A DNA stretch of 64,000 bases from NCBI GenBank assembly GCA_951406725.2, contig OX597833.1, positions 30,380,001-30,444,000 on the forward strand, written 5' to 3'. The position numbers were made by a program, and so were the translations under genes. Every line of letters begins with the position of its first letter. The stretch's first letter is position 1. Below the pieces are notes generated by a model, which was not told where the DNA came from, did no database searches, and saw only the letters and a program-made list of their open reading frames with translations. The DNA comes from Octopus vulgaris. Its lineage: Eukaryota. Below, one piece after another: positions 38,181 through 51,480 of this stretch.

Positions 38181-38987
38181 TTTCTATTGAATTGATAAAT
38201 AATCATTCAATTGTTGTTCATCGATACTTCTATTTTCTGTCTTCTTTAAATTTTGATTGTTGATAAACTCATGTTTATCCTTGTCTTTACCTACAATTTT
38301 ATAAGCACAATATGCTTGCATATGTATGGCCATGGTTAAACATAGGTAATGTACTGGTAGTGTAATGGATACTTCTATCCCTCAGACAGTTATTTTAACC
38401 TCTAACTCAGCTAACCTATGTGTGTGTGTGTGCATGTGTATGCCTGCTCACAAATACATACATACATATAATGAGTTATGTATTTATATTACTTTTACTC
38501 TTGTTCTGGTTTTAGTCACTGACCTGTCATCATCTTATAGTGTCTTTAAGGATATAGTTGATCATATTGGCCAAAGTACAACTTTTAACATCTTGTTATT
38601 TTATTCCTGCCATTCAAAAAGTGTATCAGAATATTTACACACACCTACATTGTAATCTGGGGTTTGACTTTGATTTCATTTCCTCCATGGGTGGCTAAAA
38701 TAATCAACAGGTATGTACTGTGGTCAATTCAATCAATTATACTCTCTATCTGTTAGCAGCCTTTGTAAATATATATATATATATATATTTTAATAATATA
38801 TTATTATTAATATTAGGAAATAAATATCAAAAGTCCTCAGAAAGATATACACGTGTGAAAAATGATTGTTGTATTAAAAATATATAAATAAATAAATATA
38901 AATATGTATAAAAATATATGTAAATATGTATAAGTATAAATATATAATGTATATGACAGTTTAAAAGTTTTGAATTAATTATTTAAA

Positions 38988-39081
38988 GTATCTTACGATC
39001 GTTTCACAGAAGAGTTGTCCCTATAATGAAATCCTATATTGATAAGCATTTATAGATAACGCTTCTGCTCTTCAGAGATAT
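38988..39081 (-). ncRNA. Type I hammerhead ribozyme (left arm copy)
   Basis: AUAUCU-CUGAAGA-GCAGAAG...CUUCUGU-GAAAC-GAUC-GUA-AGAUAC: complete core, stem I pairing, long stem II, palindromic loop III. Confidence 0.8.
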
Positions 39082-39312
39082 AAAATTTGAATTCTGTATA
39101 ACATATCGAATGGTAGTTTTTTTGTTTTTTTAATTTGAAGTAAAACTATAAAAAGGTGTTTGTTTGAAAGATAAATTAAAAATTACTGCTTTTGATTGAT
39201 AATCTTTAAATCCATATATACTTCCTTGGTTATTCTTCTTCAATAATCCATAATATTCATATGTAAAATCCGTTATATTAACTTGTAATTCAAATATAGT
39301 TCATATATATGA

Positions 39313-39353
39313 ATCCGTCCAACCCGTGCTAGCGCGGAAAATGGACGTTAAAC

Positions 39354-39398
<45 letters not shown>
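39313..39398 (+). mobile_element. Very short RTE 3'-tail insertion with (GAT)n
   Basis: ccgtccaacccgtgctagc...ggacgttaaacgatgatg matches 54671..54730; absent from the opposite palindrome arm. Confidence 0.85.
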
Positions 39399-40159
39399 AA
39401 TTAGTTCAGAAATGTGAAATTTGTATATATACTTTAGTATGAGAATCTTGAAATTCATATATGTCTTCTTGGTAATTCCTCTGTAGCAATCCATAATACT
39501 TTTGTATAAAATTCATTATATTATCCAGTAATCCAAATATAGTTCATAATACAAAATCAAATTATATTTTTAATTATATGTGAAGTTATAAATTGGTCAA
39601 AATATTTCTTTTACATTTATATTTTTATAATTGGAAGATGCCAATTATAACTGTCCATTTATTATAGATCAATAATCTATAATAAATGGACAGTTATAAT
39701 TGCATTAAATTAAAAAATCTAAAATTTTAATTGGCATCTTCCGATTATAAAAATAAAAATATAAAAGAAATATAACTTCACATATAATTTAAAATATAAT
39801 TTGATTTTGTATTATGAACTATACAAAAGTATTATGGATTGCTACAGAGGAATTACCAAGAAGACATATATGAATTTCAAGATTCTCATACTAAAGTATA
39901 TAAAAATTTCACATTTCTAAACTAACTATATGAACTATATTTGAATTACAAGTTAATATAACGGATTTTACATATGAATATTATGGATTATTGAAGAAGA
40001 ATAACCAAGGAAGTATATATGGATTTAAAGACTATCAATCAAAAGCAGTAATTTTTAATTTTTAATTTATCTTTCAAACAAACACCTTTTTATAGTTGTA
40101 CTTCAAATTAAAAAAAAAACAAAACTACCATTCGGTATGTTATACAGAATTCAAATTTT

Positions 40160-40253
40160 ATATCTCTGAAGAGCAGAAGTGTTATCTATAAATGCTTATC
40201 AATATAGGATTTCATTATAGGGACAACTCTTCTGCGAAACAATCGTAAGATGC
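40160..40253 (+). ncRNA. Type I hammerhead ribozyme (right arm copy)
   Basis: AUAUCU-CUGAAGA-GCAGAAG...CUUCUGC-GAAAC-AAUC-GUA-AGAUG. Confidence 0.78.
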
Positions 40254-40785
40254 TTTAAATAATTAATTGAAAACTTTTAAACTGTCATATACTTTATATA
40301 TTTATACTTATACATATTTACATATATTTTTATACATATTTATATTTATTTATATATTTTTAATACAACAATCATTTTTCACACGTGTATATCTTTCTGA
40401 GGAGTTTTGATACTGATTTCCTAATATTAATAATAATGCATTATTAATATATATATATATATATATACATATAATCACTCGTATTAGATATATAAATACT
40501 TTAATACTATTAATACTTTGATACAATAGAGCATTCAATATAAATACAGTATATAATATTCTCATTGAATATATTTAACTAAAGATTTATGCCTTTGTAA
40601 ATATAAAAATTATGTATGAGTGTGCATGTAGGTATGTCTGTACATACATGCATGTATGTAGACATGCACATCTGTGTAGGATAGGGAGAAAGAGAGAGAG
40701 AAAACCTGTGTGTGTATGTCAGTTTGTGATTAAACAAGACAGAGTTACATATATTTGAATTTTCTTACAATTGTTTATTCTGCAG

Positions 40786-40868
40786 ATCACTGACCTTACA
40801 CTGCAGTATTTGTCTGGTGTGTGTCATTATCTAGTTCAGCTAGATCTCAATGGCTGCAGTTTAATTAC
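40786..40868 (+). CDS. FBXL13: FBXL13-like exon J (ITDLTLQYLSGVCHYLVQLDLNGCSLI-T)
   Basis: tctgcAG acceptor, GTaagt donor, 83 nt, phase 0->2. Confidence 0.92.
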
Positions 40869-41382
40869 GTAAGTTTTATCTTGTAAATATTCCTCTTTCC
40901 TATTTCAAAAGCACAATTAAATTATCAGGTCATCCCATAAGCTCTGTCCAATTTTATCTTTTTTTAAAATTGAATGAAATTTAATAGTATTTTAGAATGT
41001 CTACATTTAAACTAATTAAATATTATTTTATAGAATAATAGAATTAAAATTTCTTTGATTAAAACCCTTTCTAACATGGAAGTATCCAAAGAGCATTTGA
41101 GTCACATAATGCTTTATGAGTACAAAAAGGAAACTCTGCAGCCAAAGCAACTCAAAACATACACTCAGTTTATTCAATCTGTTTTAATATCTCAACCTAA
41201 CAACATGTAATCCTTTTATGTCAAGTAGCTCTGATGAAATTTTACTCATATAATATTCTAAATGCAAATTTTATCTTATTATATTTATAAATAGAAACAA
41301 TTGTAGGTATTTTTAATTAACTATATGTTAATGAATTAACTTATATCTATATACTCTCCATTTTCTTCTTATTTATTATATA

Positions 41383-44000
41383 TCATCATCATCATCATTG
41401 TTTAATGTCTGCTTTTCATGCTGACATGGGTTGGACAGTTTGACTGAGGACTGGCAAGCCAGGAGGCTACACCATACCAGCACAATCATCTCTCTAGCAC
41501 ATCACATCTGATAGTTCATATGCCTAACTTTTCTCTCAGGGAGCTTACACACTGACATTACACATCCAGTGGAGCATACTAGCTTCATTTCTTGCAACCT
41601 TATGCATGTCCTCAGAAGTTACAGCCCATGTTTTTCTGCCGTGTAGCATGGTCGTTCACATACATGCGTCATACTGTCTATCTTTCACTCTGAGCGAGAG
41701 GTCTATTGTTACCAGTAAAGGTAGGAGCTCTCTGAACTTTACCCAGGCTATTCTTATTCTAGCAGCTAGGTAATAAAAGATATCAACTACTTCTAGTTTT
41801 TCTCCCTAGCATGTGATGGAAGCTGTTTTCTACACATTTTCAGTGTTTATTGCCCCTGTACATCTGCCACACACAAAAACTATCTTCCCAGTTAGCCTTC
41901 CTTTGATATTGCTGCACCTCTTTATGTGTCCATAGCTTGCACCAGGTACATCATATGGAGTTTCTACCTATGATTTTCTACAAATTGAGCAGGGCCATCT
42001 ACCTGAAGGGATTTGTGATTTGTCTGCCTTCCTACTTATTAGGACTTTGGTTTTAGCTAGGTTGACTCTAATCCTTGCTTCCACACCTAAAACTTCTCTA
42101 GTTCTGATAGTGGATCAGCTATTAGAGCAAGGTCATCAGAATAGAGGAGCTCCCAGGGGCATCCTGTTTTGAATTCCTCTGTTAATGCCTGGAGGACTAT
42201 GATGAATAAATGGGGGCTGAGGACTGATCCTTGGTGGACCCCTATCCCTACCTGGAATTCTTCACTGTACTCATTGTCAATCCTCACGTTACTGACAGCA
42301 TCCCTGTACATGGCTTGTACAGCTCTCACTAACCCCTCGTATATCCTTAGTGTCCACATTGACCATCGGATAAGGGATAAGGCTTTCTCCATGTCAACAA
42401 AAGCCAAGTACAGATGTTTATCTTTGACTAGGTATTGCTCCTGCAGCTGCCTTATCAGAAATATAGCTTTAGATATCTAAACTAACTCTGCCCCTAATTA
42501 GTTGGGCTATGACCCTCTCCATGACTTTCATCACCTGATCCAACAATTTGATACCTCTGTAATTATTTGTATCTAATGCATCACCTTTACTTTTGTAGCA
42601 GTTGACTTTGGTGCTGCTAACACCAGTCATTGAGTATGACTCCCTCATGTATAACCTGATTGACTATATGGGTGACTAGACTATAGCCTATACCACCAGA
42701 TATTTTAAGCATCTCTGGGTGATTCCTGATGGGTCAGGGGCTTTCCCTATCTTCATACTCTTACTTGCTTTATCTATCAAGGTACTGCCAATTCGAATAG
42801 CTGGTCCCTCTACTGGGTTGAGATTTGGAAGACTCTCTTTCTCCTATTCATTCTCTTCATTTATAAACCTTTCATAGTGGCGTCTCCAAGTCTCTATCTT
42901 TGCAGCATCATTAAATGCAAGTGAGCCATCATCCACTTGGACACATTTCACTCCTATGATATCATGATTCTCTCTCACACACTGTCTTGCAACACAAAAC
43001 ACTTCAAGTCTTTGATCTCCACAATGCAGAACATTGACAATTTTTTTCTTATCTGCTTCCCCTCTGTCTCCTAGCTTCCCTTCTGGCAGTCTGATACAAT
43101 TCCCTGCTACCACTGTTCTTCCAGTCCTTCATGCCTTTTTCTTTTCCCTGATGGCCCTGTCAACTATATTGTTCCACAACCACGTTACCTTAGGTCAAGC
43201 GAGGACTTTGCACCAGCCACAGATATGGTCAGTAGCCCTCAACAGGTTGTCTCATAAGAACCTCCAGTTGTCCTCCACATTGTGTGATGCTATAGCCTCC
43301 TCTTTTTTGTCAAATGCTTCAAGTACAATGTCTCTAAATTTCTGTCCATTCACAGGATCCTTAAGCTGCCAGACCCTTCTTTTCCATGCTGGTCGTCTTC
43401 TGAGGAGCCAGTTAACCCTGAACCTGATGTCACTAACTACTAACCTATGCATTCTTCACCTGGGAAAGTTTTGGCATTTATAAGTAGCCATCTTTCTCCT
43501 TTCCTGGTGAGAATGTAGTCAATCTGACAAGTATGTCCACCAGACTTGTAGGTGAACATGTGACTGGCAGGTTTCCTGAAGTTAGTATTGCTCATTGAAG
43601 TCACTAACCACAAAGAGGAAGTCTCTGATATTCATCAATGAGGTAGTCTTCAAGAGTGTGTCATAAAATCAGTCTTTCTGTTCATCAGGTAGCCCTGGCT
43701 GAAGGACATAAGCTGAGATAATGATTGCTAATCCATGTTGCAGCACTGATCACAGACTCTGACTACCTCAATTACCCTATCAACCCATTTCTCTGCAAGA
43801 AGTATACCCATGCCCCTAACCACATCAGTGTTCCCTATCCAGAAAATCTTCCTCTCCACCTTGCTTCTTGGATGCAGCACAAATCTACATGCCACCGTTC
43901 AAGCATCTCAACAATCTCACCAGACCTACCTTTCAATGTGCCAACATTAAGTATGCCAACTCTGAGTGTGTGGACAGTGTAGACCCACAAGACCCTGGGA
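41383..44000 (-). mobile_element. Degenerate RTE-clade LINE (APE+RT) with (GAT)n tail
   Basis: LRVGILNVGTLKGRSGEIVEMLERWHVDLCCIQEARW APE start; AFVDMEKA...GVHQGSVLSP...LLYSDDL RT. Confidence 0.88.
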
Positions 44001-45174
44001 TGGGGGACAGCAGCATCATGTATCTGAAAAGAAAGCTCACATTTGGCAGAACTCATAAACATACAACAGCCTTCAACCTGCATACACTATACCATCATTT
44101 TATGCGCTATGTAATCACTTCCATAGGAGATAAACATTAAGTAGGGATGGGGGAACATTTAAGCCATTGGAGGTGTTCAAGGAAAAGACATCCAATAGAG
44201 GTCAGAGGATAAAGACTTCCAGTTTAGGTGGGAGTGGGATGGGTGGGTGCACCATGAAACAGCTACACTCTGGCTGCCAGTGTGAAAGAATAACAATAAT
44301 AATTATAATGAAATAGAATTGGACATTTGCAGTCTTAACTAGAGTTATAACCAACAGTATTCGGTCAGCCAAACTGTGACAAAATTAAATAAAGGAATGA
44401 ATAACTACAATAAAGGAGCATGAAAGAGAGGGAGAATTGGATTGAATGTAGGGATCTCAAGTTATCTCTAACATACAACATGGAAGACGAAGCTGTGGGT
44501 ACATAGATAATAAAATAATAAAGTAATTATAATTTGCACTGTAAAAAGAGGTTTTTAGATGTGTGTTAGGTTGGAAACAAAATTGCTTATCTGAACATCT
44601 GTGACTTCTACTTCATGTGGCAAGATATTAAAATATGAGGTAGGTGAATCTGAATGAAGCTAATTTATATGGCGGGGGTGGGGGGTTAGAGGTAATTTCA
44701 TCATGTTGGAAGAAGCATGTGGTTAACGGAACTGAGACCAAGGGGCGATAGAGAGAGAGGGAGAGAATCTAGAGTTAGGCTGATCCATGGGAAGAATATA
44801 GATTTTGTTTGGGGGTTGAAAATGTATGTAACTGATTCTTAAAACAAATTATAGTCTATTTTTAATTTGTTGCATTTTTTATTAAAAAACAATATTGTTT
44901 TCAGTAAGTTTATTCTTTTGTTTTTCAATGGTAAATGAAAAAGTTCAAAAGCAATTGAATGAACAAGAGAAAATTCAGTAAAACATACTCAAAAAACAAA
45001 AACAAAAAAAAAAAACAATCAAATTCAAATATCCAGGAAAAATTCACAATAATAGAGAATAATGAAATTTCAAATGTTCAATGAACTTCATAACAACAAT
45101 ACATGATTGAGAGTTCTGAATATTTCAAAGCAATAAATTATACTACCAATTAGATATGATGAAAGAGTTCTATA

Positions 45175-45332
45175 TTTAAGAGATGAGGAAATAGGTACAT
45201 TATTTACATTTGATGGATATTTGTTCTCATCTTGTTTGTTGTTAACACAACGTTTTGGCTGATATACCGTCCTGCCTTTGTCAGGTGTCTTGGGGAAATT
45301 TCGAACCTGGGTTCTCATTCCTAAGGTATTTT
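45175..45332 (-). mobile_element. Penelope-like terminal repeat with a decayed minimal hammerhead
   Basis: Minus strand GACAC-CUGACAA-AGGC...GCC-AAAAC-GUU-GUGUU; inverted partial copy at 49430..49502. Confidence 0.5.
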
Positions 45333-45349
45333 TCGTCGTCGTCGTTATT

Positions 45350-47926
45350 ATTACTTTTTTTTTCTTCTTTCAAATTTGCTTCCATTTCTTGCCGAGTGTC
45401 TTCCCGACTCCTAGGGCAAAGAAACTCATAGTAGGCCATTAAACCAAACTCAGTAGTTCGTTCATTTTTTTTTTTGAAGTTAAATTAAAATACATGAGCA
45501 GCAACAGTTCTCACATCGACAATACTCTTCTCAATACGTGTGATGTACCAGTTAAGACAATCTTTTGCACTTCTTGCAGGGATGGTAAGCCAGGGATCAT
45601 TCTCATATAATTTTCGGTTCCCTTCTTGATCATTTCTAGTGCTCCTACGATCACTGGTATTGTAACCGCCTTGAGATGCCACATTTTCTCAATTTCAATG
45701 AGTAGGTCTTTATATTTTCTGAGCTTGTCAAACTCTTTCGCTGAGATATTATGATCACAGGGGATGCTCATGTCGATCAATAAGCAAACTTTATTGTTTT
45801 GGTCTTTCACAACAATATCTGGTTTATTGGCCTTGATGGTTCGGTCTGTATGTACTGGAAATGGTTACATTTTCTCCTTCAGTTACAGCCTCAGGGTGGT
45901 GATTATACCACTTGTCGGCAGTTTTGATATTGTAATGCCGACTTATTAGCCAGTGGAGATATTGGCCAACTCTGTCATGTCTTAATTTATACTCCACTGG
46001 TGCTAAGACTTTACATCCAGAGATTAGGTGGTCCACTGTTTCAATCATGTCGTTGCAGAATCGGCATTTTGGGTCTGCTCCATTTTTCATCACATTGGCC
46101 TGGTAGTTCCGGGTTAATAGGCTTTGATCTTGAGCAGCCAGGATGAAACCTTCGCTCTCTGCTTTTAGCCCTGAGCTCCGTAGCCACTGATGGGTTTGCT
46201 TCTGGTCAACATCAGCTTGTTTGCTGCGGGTCACATATTTGCCGTGCAGGGGTTTCTCCTCCCACCTATCAGCCAATTGCTCGTGCGCTTTCTTCATTGC
46301 CATCATTTTCACCTTCTTTGCAACAATAGTTGCCGTACTTCCCTTGGGTTGTTCAGTTTGGGTATCCTGCACGAGATTAATAGCAAATTTTTTGCTTTCC
46401 TTTATGATAGAATGAAGCTTCTTTCGTCTCTCGTGATTTTCCACGAGCTTTAGCATCCAGTCATTCGATATTTCGAGATATTTGGCCAGTCCAATTGTGG
46501 TTGTTTTGTAAGCTAGTTCAAATTGGATCAGGCCTCGACCTCCTTGGGCTCTGGGAAGGTAAAGGCGATCTACGTCTGCCTTTGGGTGGTGCATCCTATT
46601 ACAACTCAGCAGCTTGCGTATTTTTCTATCTATATTCTTTACTTCACTCATATTCCAGTTCAACACATTGTAGCTATAAGTAACAACTGGAACTGCTAAG
46701 GAATTTATAGCTAACACCTTGTTACGTGCATTTAGTTCAGATTTCAGGACTGCACGAACTCTCCTATAACATTCCTTCCTGATTTTCTTTTTCATGCTTG
46801 CATGCTGAATACCAGAGCCTTCATTTATCCCTAAATATTTGTATGTTTGTTCTTGCTCAAGCTCTCTTATGACTGTGTCAACATTTAACACGACTGAATT
46901 TGTGGTCTTCACTTTCCCTTTCTGGAAAGTGGCCTTGGCACACTTCTCAAGTCCAAAGTCCATCCCGATGTCATCGCTGAATGCTTTCACGGTGCGCAAT
47001 AGGCCTTCAAGTTCGTTATTGTCTTTACCATAAAGTTTTAAGTCATCCATATAAAATAGATGGCTTATTTTTTTATTGGCAATTTTATACCCATACCCTG
47101 TTCTGTTTAATTCACTTGTAAGGGGTATTAGGGCTATGCAGAATATTAAAGGTGAAAGTGAGTCACCTTGAAAAATTCCACAGTTGATGTTTATATTTTC
47201 TGAGGCAAGTACTCCATTAGAGTGGTATAATTGGAGATTCGTATTCCACAACGACATATTGTGCTTCAGGAAGTTTGAAATCACAGGGGAAATTTTGAAG
47301 ATGTCCAGCGATCTCAAGATCCATGGATGCGGTATACTGTCGAAGGCCTTTTTGTAGTCAATCCATGCGGTGCTGAGATTTCTGCGCTTGTTGTGACAGT
47401 TCTCAAGGATCATACGATTGATTAGCAGTTGATCTTTGCATCCGTAAGAGCCTCGGCGGCACCCTTTTTGTTCAATGGGGAAAATATCATTCTTCTCCAT
47501 GAATGCATATGTTTTCTCCGCCAGGATAGATGTTAGGATTTTATACGTGGTGGATAGACAGGTTATAGGCCGATAGTTTTTTGGAAGGTTGGTTTCGTTA
47601 TTCTTTGGGAGTAGGTAAGTAATGCCACTTGCTAACCATTCAGGTGTTTTCTTTGGGTCTCTCATAATTCCATTGAGCAGCTGAACTAGCTTACCGTGTG
47701 CGCATGGGAGCGATGCGAGCCAGAAATTCGGCACCCTATCTTTACCGGGGGATTTCCAATTATGGGCCTTCGTGAGTGCCTTTCTTAGGTCTGCTATTGT
47801 GATGTCTTCCCATGCTTGTTGTTGTAAATTTTGGTAGGATCCTTCAGTTTGTATAATCCAGTCTGCATTTATGTTGTACGTCTTCTTGCCACTCCAAATC
47901 CTTTTCCAAAAGTTTTGAACTTCTTC

Positions 47927-47929
<3 letters not shown>
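45350..47929 (-). mobile_element. 5'-truncated R4/Dong-like RLE LINE (701-aa RT ORF, zinc finger, restriction-like endonuclease)
   Basis: NYRPITCL, KKAFDS, GIFQGDSLSP, FYMDD; CRFC...HLISGC; KPDIVVKD...LIDMSIP; both ends adjoin TAA-type repeats. Confidence 0.9.
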
Positions 47930-47987
<58 letters not shown>

Positions 47988-47990
<3 letters not shown>

Positions 47991-49346
47991 TAGTTTTATT
48001 TTTATAGCGTGCTTTCACTTCACTACTGATTGCAGCTCTGTGTGCCTTGGGTATGTGCTGTAATTTGTTGATGGTTACTGTATTGAAAGTGTTTTGCGTT
48101 GGTTGTGTGCAGTGACTAGTAGTGCAATTTTATGTATGTTATATGTGTTTGTAAGTCCTGGTGTTTTTGTTATGTATTTGTCTGAATATTTTTTTATCAT
48201 ACCTAATGCGCCTACTATGATAGGAATTGTTTCTGTTTTTAGAATCCACATTCGAGTTACCTCTATTTCCAGGTCTTTGTATTTTGGAAGTTTCTCCATT
48301 TCTTTTAGAGACACGTTGTCATCTGCTGGTATTGATACATCAATTAGAAAGCATTTTTTTCTTCATGATCTCTGACAACTATATCTGGCCTGTTGGCCTT
48401 AATTTCTCTATCTGTGTGTATTGGCATATCCCAGAGTATGGTTGCTTTCTCGTTTTCTGTGACCTTTTCTGGTGTGTGCCTATACCATCTTTCTTCTGTT
48501 GTTATTCCATAATGTTAGCATAGCTTCCAGTGTATGTCGTGTCTGGGAATATATTCCTTCTTAGCCAGGACTGGGCAGCCAGAGATAATGTGATTTATTG
48601 TTTCTTGTCCATCTCCACATATTCTGCAGTTATGTTTCTTTTCATTATATGTTTTTGGTAATTTCTGGTGGGGAGGCTTTGGTCTTGTGCAGCAATTAAA
48701 AATCCTCCGATTTTGGGTGATGCATCCTAGATCCTGTCATTATTTTTCTTGCTTTCCTATCTATTTTGGTTAGTTCATTTAGTGTCCAGTTAAGGATATT
48801 GTAGCTGTAACTTATAACTGGTACGGCTAAAGTGTTAATACCTATTATCTTGTTTTTAACATTGAGCTCTGTTTTTAGTATTGATCTCACTCGTCTATAG
48901 TATTCTTTCTTTATTTTCTCTTTCATTTGTGTGTGTTGTATCTTATCTAGTTCATGGATTCCTAAGTATTTGTAAGTTTGGCTTTGGTCTAATTCTCTTA
49001 TTTCATTGGCCTTATCTAGTGTGATGTTGCTACTCTCAACTAGTTTCCCTCTTTTCAGGGTTACTTTGGCGCATTTTTCTAATCCAAATTTCATATCTAT
49101 TTCTTTGGTAAATCCATGAACTGTCTTTAGTAGTGTTTCCAGCTGTTTGTCATTTGTAGCGTATAGTTTTAGGTCATCCATATATAGAAGGTGGTTGATC
49201 GTTTTGCCATAACATTTATATCCGCATCCAGTTCTAGTTAGCATATCAGATAGAGGTGTCAGTACCAAGTAAAAAAGGAGTGGAGAGAGCGTGTCTCCTT
49301 GGAATATTCCTCTTCTAATGGGGATAGCTTTGGTTTTCACGAGTCC

Positions 49347-49349
<3 letters not shown>
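47988..49349 (-). mobile_element. Second, internally deleted R4/Dong-like LINE between two (ATT)n tracts
   Basis: RGIFQGDTLSP, LYMDD, MHHPK; RPDIV...LIDVSIP; IIVGALG; (ATT)n at 47928..47987 and 49350..49412. Confidence 0.88.
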
Positions 49350-49416
<67 letters not shown>

Positions 49417-50290
49417 TCACTGCTTGTGGGGTATATCAGCTGAAACATTACGTTAACAACAAACAAGATGAGGACAAATATTCATCAAATGTAAATAATG
49501 TAGATATGATAAAGTTTGAAAAAGTAATAAGAAATATATTTTTTACAGTTTCTTTTAAAGTACATGAAGGAAAATTTTTATTCTCTTTCATGTACTATAA
49601 TAGAAATTGTAAACAATGTCTTGGTTTTGCTGGTGGGAACTTGAATGGTTTTAAGCTTAATTTGCTTTGTATATATAGGTTTTATGATATTGGCTCTTGT
49701 CCTAATTGGTTGTAAACTCAATGATATCACTTGTTTTTGGACACCTGTAACCTAGTGTTTTGGCTGGCTGGCTGGCTGGCTGCCTGAGTATGTCATTTAT
49801 TTTTAGAACATTCTGCTGAGTTGACTTCCTCATGACCTCACCTATTTTGATTGCATGTTTTTGTCCAATAGTAATCTAGTGCTCTGGTTAGTTGATTTTT
49901 TTGTACACATCATCTTTTCCAAATGTCTTGGTCAGTTTTGCTTTTTTTTTTTTGTCTGACAGTCATCCAGTATTCCAGTTGGCTAATTCCCTTAAGATGT
50001 CATTTGTTTTTCTGATGTTTCAGTCAAATTATAGACATCATTTCTTTATTTCTTTTTTCCTTGAGTGGTCTGGTTTTGACCTAAAAATTCTAATTGGTCA
50101 ATCCTAGAGTGACATCTACTAGTGTTAAAAAAGTGTAACGTACAGTGGTTTGAAGTTAGGTTTTTGAATTCCAGTTAGGCTTTTTAATCTGTTATCTCTA
50201 CTTTTGATTTATTTTTGTTGTTTCTTGTCGTTGAATAAAATATGTTTTCTAATTCTATAGTATTGTTGTAGAGCATTTAATTTTAGTTTA

Positions 50291-50680
50291 TCATCATCAT
50301 CATCATCATCATCGTTTAACGTCCGTTCTCCATGCTAGCATGGGTTGGACGGTTCGACCAGGGATCTGGGAAGCCAGAAGGTTGCACCAGGCTCCAGTCT
50401 TATCTGGCAGTGTTTCTACAGCTGGATGCCCTTCCTAACGCCAACCACTCCGTGAGTGTAGTGGGTGCTTTTTACGTGCCACCTGCACAGGTGCCAGGCG
50501 AGGCTGGCAACGGCCACGGTCGGATTGGTGTATTTTATGTGCCACCAGCACGGAAGCCAGACGAGGCGGTGCTGGCATCGGCCACGAGTCGGATGGTGCT
50601 TTTTACGTACCACCAGACCAGGGATCCTGGCTGGTTCAATTCGATTTCGATTTCGCTTGCCCCAACATGTCTTCGCAAGC
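50291..50680 (-). mobile_element. RTE LINE 3' UTR fragment with (GAT)n tail
   Basis: About 170 nt identical to the reverse complement of 54551..54730. Confidence 0.85.
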
Positions 50681-50899
50681 ATTTCTTAATAAACACATTT
50701 TCCTTAATTTAATTAGAATTGGGTTGAAGTGTTCCTGATGCATTCAATATAGAGGGAAAATTTTGTATTTGGAATGTTTGTTTACAGGACACAGATTCAG
50801 ATGTTTACTCAGGGGTATTTTCCTGGTCGTGGGGTCTCAACTCTCTTGCTTGCGTACTGTCATTCTGTCTTTCAGAGTTAAACTAGCTTGTCATCACCT

Positions 50900-51480
50900 C
50901 ACAGTTATTAACATAAATTAAATTGTATTCAGAGTAAAATAAAGGATTTTCAAAGAGACATTATCAAGGAATTTCAGTCACTTTCCCAACTTCAGGAGAG
51001 TGAGTACATTCCCTGATACTGAAATAAAAGACCACATCTGGAAGAAAACAAATATGAATTACAAAGTTTCCTTGATAATTTCCTAACCAGGCTTGATGAC
51101 TTTTTGAAGATGAAGCCTTGTTTCCTCTCTTGTAAATCCATTCAGTTTTCAGACCTCTAGTTATGGAATCATCTGCTGTGGAAATGCAACTAATGGAGTT
51201 GCAGGAGGACCTGGATCAAAAAAGGATCCATAAATTCCAGTCTATAATCAAGCTTGGAAAACAAGTTCCAGAAATAAAACATCCTAAACTGAAAAAAACT
51301 AGTGTGTGACTCATCTCAATTGTCAGCATAACATACTGCTGTGAATCACTGTACTCTGTAATGAAGTTTGTGAAACTGAGGCATCATACACAAGTGACAG
51401 AGCTAATTCATACAGTCTTCATAATATATCAGCCTGATTTTCAGTGTCATTGTCAAGACATTTACTACCAGTAAATAGCT
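50900..51480 (+). mobile_element. hAT transposase C-terminal remnant
   Basis: QLMELQ...WKQVPEIKHPKLKK...LISIVSITYCCESLYSVMKFVK, resembling the hAT dimerisation domain. Confidence 0.7.

Larger units (their letters stand above)
38769..40468. repeat. About 1.7-kb fold-back palindrome flanked by (TA)n
   Basis: Left arm about 38770..39647 is the reverse complement of about 39728..40468 with few indels. Inner perfect 28-bp hairpin at 39642..39702. Confidence 0.95.

Noticed and set aside
48696-49715. Poly-Asn and poly-Ile ORFs
   Set aside because: Translation of the (AAT)n microsatellite fused to a LINE RT fragment.
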